Assembly: GCA_951406725.2 (NCBI GenBank)
Contig: OX597820.1
Coordinates: forward strand, 115,630,001 to 115,694,000
DNA from: Octopus vulgaris
Taxonomy: Eukaryota
Direction of reading: 5' to 3'
DNA: 64,000 nucleotides
The position numbers were made by a program, and so were the translations under genes. Below the pieces are notes generated by a model. It searched no databases and was not told where the DNA came from. It saw nothing but the letters and a program-made list of their open reading frames with translations. Of this stretch, positions 38,942 through 52,400 are shown one piece after another (the stretch's first letter is position 1; every line of letters starts with the position of its first letter).

Positions 38942-39111
38942 CCGAAATCCCATTTTAAAACCAACCTCTGTTGAAAACTGATTTTTAATTTTTTCATATT
39001 GAATTTTCTCAGCAGAAGCTTCGGGGTCGTAAGTTTGGCTTCCAATCTTGATGTCAGCAATACTAGCTTTTTCAAACTCAACTGTCATATCTTCCAAGTG
39101 AAGGTACAGTT
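38942..39111 (-). CDS. IPMK: IPMK coding exon 3
   Basis: ttacag|AA...CGG|gtaag, 170 nt. LYLHLEDMTVEFEKASIADIKIGSQTYDPEAS carries the LED and DxKxG catalytic motifs. Confidence 0.95.
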
Positions 39112-41430
39112 CTGTAACAAAATAGAAATTGTAAACATTGTTTAGTTAAGAACAAACCATTACAAGTATTAGTGTTTAGGGTTAGCATAAAGAGGTAGGG
39201 GGGATATAATCGACTGAATACACCTGTGTAGATTTAATCAGGAACGAAAGCTACATTCAACTCACAGAAGTCCATCATCATCGTGATTATCTTGTTCCTT
39301 TATCCAAACCTGGGCACCAAATCGTTAATTAACAAAGTTAACGATTCCCCTTTTAAGTTAACTTTGGAAATCATTATCAGACTAATTTAACTTATGTTAG
39401 CTTCAATTCAATTGAAGTTAACAGATTTTATAGTTTTGGCACTTTTTAAAGGTGTTTTTAGAAATAAACTGATTTTTTCTTTTTTTCTAGAATAAAAATT
39501 AATGTTAACAGTTTGTCAATAACTTTCATTGCATTAAGAAATAACTGGTTAACAGTTATCGAAGTTCATTTTTCGATTTATGGCACCCACCTTTGCCTTT
39601 ATCCATGCTTGCATGAGCTGGGCAGACTTTACTGCAGCAGATTTCCCATGGCTGGATGCCTTTCCTGCTGCCAACCCTTGTCTGTTTCCAAACAAAGAAA
39701 TATTTCCCCATGACCAGACATGTTTTTGCAGAAGATTGGAAACGAAGGACATCCATTTACAACAATCACTTGAAGTCAACACAGAGACACACATACGTGT
39801 ACACACACACACACACACACACACATATACGTGGCTGGGTGGTTAGGATATTCTGCTCATGATCGTAAGATTTGTGAGCTTCACTCCCAGTTATGTATTG
39901 TGATCTTGAGCAAGACACTTTATTTCACATTGCTCCAGTCTACTCAACTGGTAAAAATGAGTTGTACTTGTATTTCAAAACGACCAGCTTTGTTACAATG
40001 TGTGTCGCGCTGAATCTCGTGTTAAGGGTATCCATGTCTGTGGAGTACTCAGCCACCAACATGTTAATTTCACGAGCAGACAGTTCCATTGATCAGATCA
40101 ACTGGAACCCTCGTCGTCGTAACCAACTGAATGCCAATGTACACACACACACACACATAGATATCTACAATGAGCTTCTTGGTCAACCTGGGCCAATAGT
40201 AGAAGGCACTTGTCCAAGGTACCACTCAGTAAGATTGAACTCCAAACCATGTGGTTGGGAAACAAACTCCTGAAGCACCTGGCCCACAAAATTATTCAAT
40301 TCAATGCACTGCTGACATCTTGTTTTACCTTGCTAAACATTGCTTTCTTTTCAAAATGAGAATTCTGGAAGAACTGAAGAAACAATTTTTTTATTCATCT
40401 AAATTCAAATATAAAAGGAGAAAATGCTGAAATAATTTAGCAGTAATTAGATACAACAATCCAAAGCAATATATTCTCAGCCAGACCGGGATCTCTATAG
40501 ACATATGTATGTACATGGAATACAACAGGTTGTCATCATCATCATCGTTTAACGTCCGTTTTCCATGCTGGCATGGGTTGGACAGTTCGACTGGGGACTG
40601 GGAAGCCAGGAGGCTGCACCAGACTCCAGTCTGGTCTGGCAGTATTTCTACTGCTGGATACCCTTCCTAATGCCAACCACTCTGAGAGTGTAGTGGGTGC
40701 TTTTTTCATGTCACCGGCATGGAAGCCAGTCAAGGCGGCACTGGCATCGGCCACGTTCAGATGGTGCTTTTTATGTGCTACCATCACGGGGCTCACAACT
40801 ACAATTTCCATTTGATTTGATTTTGATATTGCTGATGTTGATGTACTTGACTCAATAAGTCTCCTCAAGCATGGCAAGTCGCCCTACGATCCAAGGTACT
40901 TATGAGTGGGCTGGCTATGCGACACTGGTGCAGGTTGTGTATATATAAACCAACAATATGGCCTGCATGAATGTATGCAAACCTAAAAAGGTGCAGATGA
41001 ATACGAATCCCAAATCCCAATATCCTTCATTGTTTTTGTTGTTATGAACAGCTAGAAAGAGAAGTTAATATATGCTCCACTTCAATTACCTGATGGTGAT
41101 TCTAAATCTGAAGGCTAAAGTTTGAGTACCAGAAGTCAGCATTATTAAACATAGCTTTGTAAACATCTATTTGAGATGGGAAACAAACCAACCCAGAGTG
41201 ACACAAACTATATATATATATATATATATCAATCAGTCACTGGAGTGAACCGTATCACTTAATTACATCAAATGGAATTTCCATTTCATTCTCTCTCTCA
41301 AATTCAGGTTTGACTCGGGGCTTTTAAAACCAAAACATGTTGCGAGTTCTCTCCCTTACTCAACGAACTTTTACTTTAATTAGACATTGCACTTGTCTTT
41401 CGTCATCACATCAGTATTTCTAATTATGAT

Positions 41431-41551
41431 CACAGCCCCATCCTAGAGCATGACACAGCCCCATCCTAGTGTATGACACAGCCCCATCCTAGAGCATGAC
41501 AGCCCCATCCTAGTGAACGACACAGCCCCATCCTAGATTATGTTGCAGCCC
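41431..41551. repeat. Minisatellite with a 23-bp unit
   Basis: About 5 copies of cacagccccatcctagagcatga. Confidence 0.92.
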
Positions 41552-43065
41552 TGTTGTAAAATATGTACACGTTTATAGGCTCAACAGTTTCATCGATTGT
41601 GTCCATGTCCCCTGGTGAATGCTGCCATTTTTGGTCCTCAACTGTTTATTTATTAAGCATCGAGTTGGATTATTTGCAGTTAGCCTGTATATGCCACCGT
41701 CCACCACGTGTGGACAGACATGTTCTGTAGGAGTAGAGCTCTACAAAGAGGCAGAAGAGACAGAGTATGAGATAATGGGTGATAGTGAATGACTGTGGCA
41801 GTTTAAGAAGAACAAAGAAATGTCCTCCAGGTTTACCAACAAATAACAAGATATAAAAACAAAACAGCAACAACAAAAATCAATGTGTGTGTGTGTGTGT
41901 GTGACCAAGACCTCTGGAGGTGTGCTGTGACTGAGAAGACCCAACAAAATGAGTTCACAGCTGTAACCTACACCAGTGTCACATAACCAGCCCACTTAAA
42001 AAAGTACCTTGGATCGTAGGGTGACATGTCATGCCTGAGGAGACCCATTGAGTCAAGTACATCAAAATCAATATCAAAATCAAATCAAATTACAATCAAA
42101 CAGAAATTGTAGTTGTGACCCCCGTGCCAGTGGCATGTAAAAAGCACCATCCGATCGTAGTTGATGCCAGCTCCTGTGGCACGTAAAAAGCACCCACTAC
42201 ACTCACGGAGTGGTTGGTGTTAGGAAGGGCATCCAGCTGTAGAAACACTGCCAGATCAGACTGGAGCCTGGTGCAGCCTCCTGGCTTCCCAGACCCCAGT
42301 CAAGCCATCCAACCCATGCCAGCATGGAAAATGGATGTTAAACAGTGATGATGATATACATATAAGAATTTAAGATGAGGATTCCGATAGAATCAGGTAC
42401 TTGAAAAGGTATGTACCAGGAAAGGCTGGGTAATAGAAATTTTTAATTTTTTTTATTTTCAAACTCATTATTGACAGGCAGCACTCAACTTTAATTCCAT
42501 AAGTTCAATTTTATTTGACCGACCTCCATACTCTTTCCCCCACCACTTCCAACCAATATCCACCGAACACTCCCCAAAATTTCTGTGTTTCTCTATTCCC
42601 CTCCCCAGGTCATTTACCATTAGCAAGAGACTCCCCATATCCCAACCCTATACCTGATTGTAAGCCTTTATTTTTCTTTCACCCTTATGTTTCGACCCCT
42701 CCTTACTTACCACAACCCAGAGCTTGCCATAATATATTTTCTCCTACAATCCAGTCTCGTCTACCCCTGATCTAGTCTAGCAGACTCCTTCTCACCCCGA
42801 ATCACTGACCTTAGATACCAAATTACACATTTCCAAGAACCTACATTCATAACCCAAACTGCCAACGTAGTTGCTCTTTCTCCCATTTCAAAGTTGGCCT
42901 TGATGGACATATCCCAGCTGTATTCCTGAATATTCTTTTGTCTTGTAGAATTACTTCTCATCTGATGATTACGGTCTTTTATGATGACGCAATCTTCTCA
43001 TTCTTCTATTAAAAATTCACACAAGAAACAGTTGTAACGAGCTGACAATTACCCATCCTTTGTTA

Positions 43066-43645
43066 TTGGGTTGGTGCATAATTATTGCAGCGTTTTCTCA
43101 ACAAAAACAATAACAAAATGTAACAAAAACATAGCCAATCCACTTATGCATACCCTTCCTTCTTGGGATACAAAACTCTACTTGTGAAGACCTGTTGAGG
43201 CAAGTGAGAATCGAAATCGATCAACATCAATGGAAATTGCAGCTGTGATACCAGTGCCGGTGGCACGTAAGAGAACCATCCGTTCATGGCCGTTGCCAGC
43301 CCCGTCTGGCACCTGTGCCGGTGGCACATAAAAAGCACCCACTACCCTCACAGAGTGGTTGGCGTTAGGAAGGGCATCCAGTCGTAGAAACATTGCCAGA
43401 TCAGACTGGGCCTGGTGCAGCCTTCTGGCTTCCCAGACCCCAGTTGAACCGTCCAACCCATGCTAGCATGGAAAGCGGACGCTAAACGATGATGATGATG
43501 ATATTCACCATCTACTTCAATTAATGCTTCCTATTAGCTTGGCAGACGGTCAGACCGTCATTTAAAGATGGTTTTGTTAAATATTATTGTTTTTGTTGAA
43601 TAAAATTTGTCGGAAACAAGCTGCAATTATTATTCACCAACCCAA
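43066..43645. mobile_element. Mariner-derived MITE with a nested RTE 3' end
   Basis: TA|ttgggttggtgcataattattgcagc ... gctgcaattattattcaccaacccaa|TA. The TIR resembles Hsmar1-type TTAGGTTGGTGCAAAAGTAATTGCGG. Confidence 0.75.
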
Positions 43646-43653
43646 TATTATTC

Positions 43654-43718
<65 letters not shown>

Positions 43719-43721
<3 letters not shown>

Positions 43722-44825
43722 TCATCATCATCGTTTAATGGTTTGAGTGAGGACTAGCGAACCAGATGGCTGCACCAGGCTCCAGTCTGATCTGGCAGAG
43801 TTTCTACAGCTGGATGCCCTTCCTAACACCAACCACTCTGAGAGTGTAGTGAGTGCTTTTACGTGCCATCGGCATGAGGGCCAGTCAGGCGGCACTGGCA
43901 ACGGCTACACTCAAATGGTGTTTTTACGTGCCACCTGCACAGGAGCCAGTCCAGCGGCACTGGCAAATGACTTCGCTCACATGCTTTTTTTTTCCCGTGC
44001 CACCTGCACAAGTGCCAGCAAGGCGATGCTGGTAACAATCACGCTCAAATGATGCTTTTCACGTGCCACCGGCATGGAAGTCAGTTTGCTGCTCTGGCAA
44101 CGATCACGCTCGGATGGTGCTCTTAGCGCTCCACTAGCAGGGATGCCAGTCATCAAATTTCTATCACAAGTTCCTTCCACAGTTAGAGATTGGCACTTCT
44201 TAACACAGCTCTCCTTGTCCATACACATCATATGACCATTACCAATGCAGTCGTCTCTCTTACACACAACATCTGATGCCTCTTATGCCCAACTCTTCTC
44301 TCAAGACACTTACACTCTGTCATACATGCACACTGACATTGCATATCAAGCGAAGCATACCAGCTTCATTTCTTTCAAGCCTGTGCATATCCTCAGCGGT
44401 CACAGCCCATGTTTTGCTACCGTGTAGCAAAGCTGTCCACACACAGGCTTCATACTGTTTGCCTTTTACCCTGAGGGAGAGGCCCTTAGTTACGAACAGA
44501 AACAGGAGCTCTCTGAACTTTGCTCAGCCTATTCTTATTCTTGCAGCTCTCAGAGCATCCACCTCTGCTACTGACTCAGTCACCGACATAACAGAAGCTA
44601 CCAACTACCTCTAGCTTACGCTCCTGGCAGTTGATGCAGTCTATTTTCTATGCATTTTCAGTGTTTATTGCATCTGTGCATCTTCCACAGACAAAAACTA
44701 TTTTCCCAGTTAACATTCCTCTGATATTGCTGCACCTTTTATGTGTCCATAGTTTACACCAGGTTTGTACCGAGTTTGTACCTACACCTTTTCTACAGAT
44801 TGAAAAGGGCCACCAACCTGAAGGG
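43719..44825 (-). mobile_element. Truncated, internally deleted copy of the same RTE family
   Basis: Reverse-strand peptides SICRKGVGTNS..CKLWTHKRCS..TGKIVFVCGRC and CMDKESCVKKCQSLTVEG match the 62-63 kb ORF; the same 3' UTR and (GAT)n tail follow. Confidence 0.88.
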
Positions 44826-46047
44826 GTTTGTGATTTGTCTAGCAATTTGTGTGTGTGTGTGTCTCTGTTTCTACTCCAACCCCAACGGCTTGACAACTGG
44901 TGTATTTGTATTTATGTTCCCATAACTTAGCAGTTCAGTGAAAGAAACCAACAGAATAAGTACAAGACTTAAAAAAAAACAAAAAAAAAAACAAGTACTG
45001 GGGGCATTGATTCATTTGAGTAAAAATCATTCAAGGCAGTGCCCCAGCATGGCCACAGTCTAATAACTGAAACAAGCAAAAAAGAAAGCAAATCTTTCCT
45101 TCAACAGGGCCCAGATGTTTGAGCATCCAAATGATCACGACCAAGCTGGAGCTTTCCCAATTGAGTTCCTGAATTCTCTACAGCCATCTGAAAAAGGGGG
45201 CCCCAATCATGCTGCTAGAGAACCTGGATCCACCTCGCCTGTGCAAAGGCACCAGGCTGGTGGTGAAAGCAATGCAACCCCATGTCTTCAGATTAGGAAA
45301 AGCAGAAAGTGAACTGAGATGATTTTGTAAAGTTAATATAAAGAATGTCTCATTGTCTTACTAATTAAAACTCACTCGTTATCTCTGGTAATGATGAGAA
45401 AAAGAGAAAGTTAATATGACAAGGATCTGATTAACAGGTTAAATTGAATTGAGGTTGAGCTTTTTTGGAAGAAGAGAGGACAAACACAAACAAGTACAAA
45501 GTTCCAGAAAACAGCCGTTAAAAGGAAGACAGAAGGACGAGAGAAAAAGGCCATTAAATACTGTGAAGTGATTAGGATGAGAGGAAGGAAGGATGAGAGG
45601 AAGGTTCGTCTGTTACGGCATAAATTTATATTTCTTTATTGCCCACAAGGGGCTAAACACAGAGGGGACAAACAAGGACAGACAAACGGACTAAGTCGAT
45701 TACATCGACCCCAGTGCGTGACTGGTACTTAATTTATCGACCCTGAAAGAATGAAAGGCAAAATCGACCTCGGCTGAAGTTGAACTCGGAACGTAATGAC
45801 AGACAAAATATGGCTACGCATTTCGCCCGGCGTGCTAACGTTTCTGCCAGCTTGCCGCCTTATTGTGGCATAAATTTAGTACATTTAGAAGGACAGAGAC
45901 TGTTATTGTAGAATTAAGTATATATATATAGTAAAAGCAATTAAGATTCAAGTGAGTTCTGTTGAATTCACATGAATGCGGTACTTAACTTAGATGCACC
46001 AGAAATCTATATGGTATTAACCATAAAATAATGTGGGGTGATTATAA

Positions 46048-46189
46048 ACAAGAAAAAGCAACAAGAATGGATTAGTTTTTCAGTACAATTGTTTCATACG
46101 AAGAACAGCTTTATTAAAAGCTGCAAAAAGCTGTTCTTCGTATGAAACAATTGTACTGAAAAACTAATCCATTCTTGTTGCTTTTTTCT

Positions 46190-46192
<3 letters not shown>
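46048..46192. repeat. Near-perfect hairpin, arms about 65 bp
   Basis: gcaacaagaatggattagtttttcagtacaattgtttcatacgaagaacagcttt and its reverse complement, separated by a short loop. Confidence 0.92.
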
Positions 46193-46230
<38 letters not shown>

Positions 46231-46775
46231 CATAGCAGATGAGATCACAGTTAGATGATGAGGCAGCTGGCATGAAGTAACAGTTGACTAGCATCATTGT
46301 TTCTTGTGCAATTTTAAATTTAAACAATATGGGTGATTTGATAAATTTTACTTTTCTTCCTATCATATTGTAAATGAACAGGTGTGGCTGTGTGGTAAGA
46401 AGTTTGCTTCACAACCACATGGTTTTGGGTTCAGTCCCATCCCATAGCACCTCAGTCAAGTATCTTCTGCAATAGCCGCAAGTTGACCAAAACCCTTGTG
46501 AGTGAATTTGGTAGAAGGAAACTGAAAGAATCCTGTCGTATGCATGTGTGTTTTCAGTTGACAACCAGAGTTGGTTTGTTTACATTTCTGTAACTTAACA
46601 GTTCTACAAAACAAGTTGAGAGAATAAGGACCAAACTGAAGAAGTCTGTGCGGGAGTCAATTTGTTCGACTAAAACCCTTCAAAGCAGTGCCCCAGTATG
46701 GCCACAGTCCAATAACTGAAACCAAGTAAAAGGTTAAAGATAAACAAATGCATAAAACAAAACAAAAAGGCTTAC

Positions 46776-46961
46776 CATCAGGGAAAATATCAAATTTGCA
46801 TGTGCCATAGAAGTACGGTAAGAAGTCCTTCAAGCGTCTGAGGATGGGATCTGATTCAGCCTTTTCATCAAAGACAGTCTGGTAAAAATTTAGTTCACGA
46901 CGACCCCGTGGTGGGAGTTGGATGAGTTTCAGTAAAGTCTTATCCTTTGTCTGAAGGAAAG
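46776..46961 (-). CDS. IPMK: IPMK coding exon 2
   Basis: ttgtag|CT...GATG|gtaag, 186 nt, phase 1-1. LLKLIQLPPRGRRELNFYQTVF...LKDFLPYFYG matches IPMK VLKQLQPPPRGPRELEFY...LPKYYG. Confidence 0.94.
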
Positions 46962-47278
46962 CTACAAAAGGAATACACAACATGAAAAAGACACATTTTA
47001 TACATTGGTGCATGTGTGTGTGTGTGTGTGTGTATATATTCATACCTGGATTCATTGCCCCCATTAAACGTTTAACACCCACTTTTCCATATCCTGCACC
47101 GATCAAATAGAATTTGTTGAGGCATGTTTTTTTTTTTTTTTATGGCTGGATGCTTTGCCTGCCACCAACCCTCAGCTGTCTTCTCCAAGTAAGGTAAGAT
47201 TTTCCCAAAGATAGACAGTTTTCACAGTAGACAAGAAATGAACAGCATTGCTTGTATGACATCTAGACAAGGGTACAT

Positions 47279-47321
<43 letters not shown>

Positions 47322-48599
47322 TTCTGTCTAGTAATTCCACTTGCAAGGTTTTGGTCAGTTTATAACTAAAATAGAAGACAATTGCCCAATGTGCCAAGTT
47401 GTGGGACTGAACCCAAGACCACATGGTTGAGAAGTAAGCCTTTTGACCACATAACTACACCTGAAGATATATATACATACAAACGTACATATCTACATAC
47501 ATCTGTATGTGTGTGTACACATATATTAATGTTTGCTTTTATGCTGAGCTATAAAAACAAATTTACATTAAACTGAAAGATCACTCTATAGTTTTTGTTG
47601 AGTATTTATTATACTTTTACAAGAAGAGTGCTTACAGTGACTTCAAAATTTTGGCCTGCTGACCTTCATTAGACTGTTATACATTTAAGTTCATCTTGGC
47701 TGTATGTAATCCTTAGTAAAGTTTATTTTTGCCTGGAGTGAGTAAAGGTATGTTCAATGATAATTAGTTGTAAATTCTGATAGAAAGATATTATAGAAGG
47801 TTTTCTTTTGTTTAAAGTTGGAGATGTATTATTGTTCAGAGTTCAATCATGAATCTCCTAATCTTTCTTTTACTTGTTTCAGTCACTAGATTGCAGTCAT
47901 GCTGGGGCACTGCTTTGAAGGGTTTTAGTCAAATATTTTGAACCCAGTACTTATTCTTTTTTAAGTTTGGTACTCATTCTATCAGTCTCTTCAGCTGAAC
48001 AACTAAGTTACAGGAATATAAACAAACCAGTACCAATTTTCAAACAGTGGTAGGAGACAAACACAAACACACACATCTATATACATATACATGACAAGTT
48101 TCTTTCAGTTTCCAACTACCAAATCCACTCATAGAGCTTTAATTGGCCACGGGCTTAAGTAGAAGACACTTGCCCCAGGTCCCATGCAGTGGGACTGAAC
48201 CCTGAACCATATGGTTGGGAAGTAAACTTCTTACCACAGAGCCACACCTGCAAAACTTTGTAATCAGGTGTGTCTATTTATGCATGTCAGTTTCCAGTCT
48301 TAGGTTGTTTTTAGGGTTCACAAAAGAAAATGAAGAGATGAAACCTTTAATTGGCCAGTATGTAACTAGATTTAATTGTTGTTGATGTTATTTGAATACT
48401 ATTTTGGAGATTTAACACATCTGTTTTGGGATGATGGAGGTTACTGTTCAGAGTTCAGTCAAGCATGTGAAACTAAAGGCTAAAACCAAGGCCATACATA
48501 CAACTGAAGCTTCAGAATCTTTCCATCTTACTCTCTAAATGGAAGCTGTCTCGTAAGTAATACTGCTTTTAGCACAGCTCTATACCATCTGCTACATCC

Positions 48600-48900
48600 A
48601 CATACACAGGGTCTATAGCAAACCAATTCAAGTCACAATACAACCAACACACAAATGTTTTCAACTCAAACAGGAAAAAATGACACCTCACTATCAAAAC
48701 ATATATGGACACTTAAAACCAAAGGATAAACCATTTAGTATTAGTTGGAAAATACTGTCAAAAGCACAACCATAGCAAGGAAATAACAAACCCTTCCAAT
48801 GGATCCTACTACATTCTCGAATTTAAGAATCAAATACTGAACTGTGAATTAGTCCCTTCCAGCAAACAAAATTCACAAAACACTAAGATATTTCAAGCTA
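48600..48900 (+). mobile_element. Decayed Penelope-like GIY-YIG endonuclease fragment
   Basis: YTGSIANQFKSQYNQHTNVF / TSLSKHIWTLK / KDKPFSISWKILSKAQP across frameshifts, matching the YIG..FK.R..H / LSKHIW.LK / I.W.I pattern of PLE endonucleases. Confidence 0.7.
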
Positions 48901-49339
48901 ATAGTTTTCAAATAAACACACAAATAAATAGACTTAAATATATCCTATACATATATATAAATACACACACATAGAATTATCCAAAAACACATAATATAAT
49001 ATGTTATAAATGCCATTAGAAATACTCAAACTTAAAACTGAATAGAAGAAATATAATGACGTCATCCACAATCTTTACTTTCCTAAAACTCAAAGCTTAA
49101 ATTTTCTACATAATAATAAAGTATCAACAATAAGAAAATGCTAATTAGGAATCTTCTGACCAATTAATTTTTCCACCCACTTAAATTCTTTTGTGAACCC
49201 TTAAAATACAGAATATCAAATGTCTACACAAAAAAACCAGCGTGACCTAAACCTGACACATCTAAATAGAACAACTACAAGTGTCCTCTGCATTTAAACA
49301 AAATGTGCAACCAAATAAAAAGAAAATAATTCAACTTAC

Positions 49340-49448
49340 GTATTACGTTGTTCTTTTGATTCACAAGGTGCCCGGCTACTTGGTGATCCAAAAGTTTTGT
49401 TCCAGGTGGCAGCTGACGGAAATTGTTGTCGGACTGAGTCGTAGCCAT
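49340..49448 (-). CDS. IPMK: IPMK first coding exon
   Basis: ATG at 49448. MATTQSDNNFRQLPPGTKLLDHQVAGHLVNQKNNVI contains the inositol phosphate kinase HQVAGH motif. Donor C|gtaagt; upstream acceptor ttgtag| at 49523. Confidence 0.92.
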
Positions 49449-52400
49449 GATTCAACATTAAAGCAGTTTGGAGTTTTACCACCAATGTGAACCAGGTGGA
49501 AACTTCACGAATATAAGAAAAATCTACAATAACAACAAAATAATAACAAAAATAATAACAAAAGAAAAAGAAATAGAAAACAATCGTCAGAAAAATAAAT
49601 GTTCATTCCAGGGGGGGGGGGGGCTGAGAGTATTAAGGGCCCTCGGGCATAACTGTTTACCGGGCCCCTTAGCATTGATATCAAAGTAGAGTTAACATGT
49701 AGAGTGTAGGCCCCTCAGAGTTCTGGACCTTTGGGCAGTGCCCGATTGACCGACACCTCAGTCTGCCCCAGGTTCATTCTAATTTCAAAAAAAGGGGGTT
49801 GAAATGGCAGAATTATAAGTGTGCTGGTCAGCAGCATTTCCTTCCAGTTCTTTACACTCTGAGTTCAAATTCTGCCGAAGGAAGCCAACTTTTGGGGTTG
49901 ACAAAATAAATACCAGTTGAGCACTGGGGTTGATGTAAAATGGGGAGGCAATTTAGTTAAGTAGTTTGGATCAAGATGAAAAAGAATGACACAACTCTGA
50001 GTTGGCAGAAACAAACTGTCACCAGCAGCGTGGAACAGTATCTGATGGTCTGGTCATCATCATCGTTTAACGTCCGCTTTCCATGCTAGCATGGGTTGGA
50101 CTATTTTGACTGAGGGCTGGCGAATCAGATGGCTGCACCAGGCTTCAATCTTGACCTGGCAGAGTTTCTACAGCTGGATGCCCTTCCTAACGCCAACCAC
50201 TCCGAGAGTGTAGTGGGTGCTTTTTACGTGCCACCAGCACTGTGATTTTATTTCCCAATGTCAGTTGTCTGAGTTCAATTCTTCACTTCCACTGCTGTCA
50301 GCTTTTCTTTTGACCTTTTTAAAATGTCAAGAAATACAATCCCAGTCAAGTAGTGAAGTTGGGTTTCTCGTTTCTCTTGGATTTTGCTGATGTGAGAAGA
50401 GTCAAGAGAAACTACTCACAGCATCTCTTTCTCCAGAAATGAAGACAAGTTGAGGGAAGTGAAAGGAGGAGGGGGCAATGAGTTCTCAGAAAATCTGATT
50501 TGCTACAGGAACTGTCCAAGAACAGATTGATGGGTATTACAGCATGGAATGGAAATACAGAATTGCACCGTTAGCGATAGCATTGTGTTCTCTTTGTTTC
50601 TATCACTTTACGATACGACCAATGATTTTCTTTCTTTTTTTTAAATGGAAAGAATACAATAGTATTTGTTGTTGTTGTTGTTTAAGGCCAAGGTCGGTAG
50701 TGACTAACCAATGATCAAAGCTGTTCCAGCAGTAATCATATCTTTCCATACAAATTAATTGATAAACATGCCCTCCCTTTTTTAAAAAGTAGAGCTACAG
50801 GAATTAAGCAGAAATATTTTGTGGATTGAACAATCACTAAGAGGATCCTTTATTGGATCAAGGAACAGTACCTATTCCCTAAATAAAGGCATGAAAGATG
50901 CCTACAATGGATTTGAACTTGAAACTCTGGAGCCAATATTTGAAAAGAATATCTATTTGACCAATTTGCTTCTACCACTGGATAAATTACAAAGGAACAA
51001 TAAAACCCCTAAAACCCCTGCAATGAATCAACAATCTACAAAAAGAATTGAAACTGAATAAGAAATATTCTTTCCTCAATGATTGAAATGAAAAATGAAA
51101 TCAATCAACTTAAGGTTGATTAATTAGCAGAATCATCAGCTCAGTGGATAACCTACCTGCAATAATTAGAGTTGTTTATGTTCCAAGTTCAAATAGTCCT
51201 TGGGTCAACTTTTCTTTTTGTTCTTCTAAGGATAACAAAATAAAATATCAGTCAATTACTGCGGTTGATTTAACATTCCTTTAAAGTATTCTGGACGAAA
51301 AGGGAATTGCAATGGAATCCAGGAACTTAAGCAGCCGTTAATTTTAAAATGAATTAAATTAGTATGTGCAGGTGTGACTGTGTGGTAAGAATTTTGTTTC
51401 CCAATAACATGGTTTGGGGTTCAGTCCCACTGTGTGACTGTGTGGGATTTTGGGAAGGTATCGTCTACTATAGCCTCAGGCCAACCAAAGCCTTGAGTGT
51501 GGATGTGGTAGACAGAAATTGAAAGAAGCCAGTCGTGTGTGTGTGTGTGTGTGTGTAATGCTAAAATAATTTTATCATGAAGAACATTTTAGTACTGGTT
51601 TCAGTCTTTGTGACTTTTTCAACTTAGGGTAATTTTCAAATACAAGGGATATTCCCCCTTTTTTGCTGTCTATCTTTATCTCTTTTTTACTCTTGTGAAG
51701 GCTTGGTAGTAGGTAATAGCAGTCCTAAAAGGATATTTGATTGGTTTTGATTGTTTAAGCAACAGTAGTAGCCAAGGAAGGAGGTGGTGAAGAAGAAGAG
51801 GGAGTAGGAAAAGAAGAAAAAGAATAATAAAAATACGTGAGTGGTATGACAGTAGTAGGATGTTGGTAGAATCCTCTTAAATGGTCAAGTGACCTAAAAG
51901 TGACCTGTTGTGGTGGTAATAGTAGTGACTGGAATTATTGATGTGTTTATGTCCCCAAAACTTAGTAAGAAAAGCTTAAAAGAAAACAAAATTCTGTGGT
52001 TGATTTGTTTGACTAAAATTCTTCAAGGCGGTGCCCCAGCATGGCTACAGTTTAATGAGTGAAACAGGTAAAGGATTTTCTATAAAGTATATTTAATAAG
52101 AATATTTCAATTTGGTTAACAGCTGAGATTTGGCTGAGTTAAATGAAAAAATGTCTGAAGTTCTAAATGCAAAAATATTTATGATGAAATAAAACAATGT
52201 GTCATTATAACATTTGTAAAAGAGAAAAATAAACCATTTTAGAAAAATTTGATGTTTAGAACATTAAAACGGTGAATATGGTTTTAATATTTACACACCA
52301 GTACCTCTTTTATATAACTAGAATGTCAGTAAAAGATAGTTTGAGCTACTACAAATAGAAGTCAAATTTTACTCAAACTACAGTGGAGAAGGCTAGCCAC

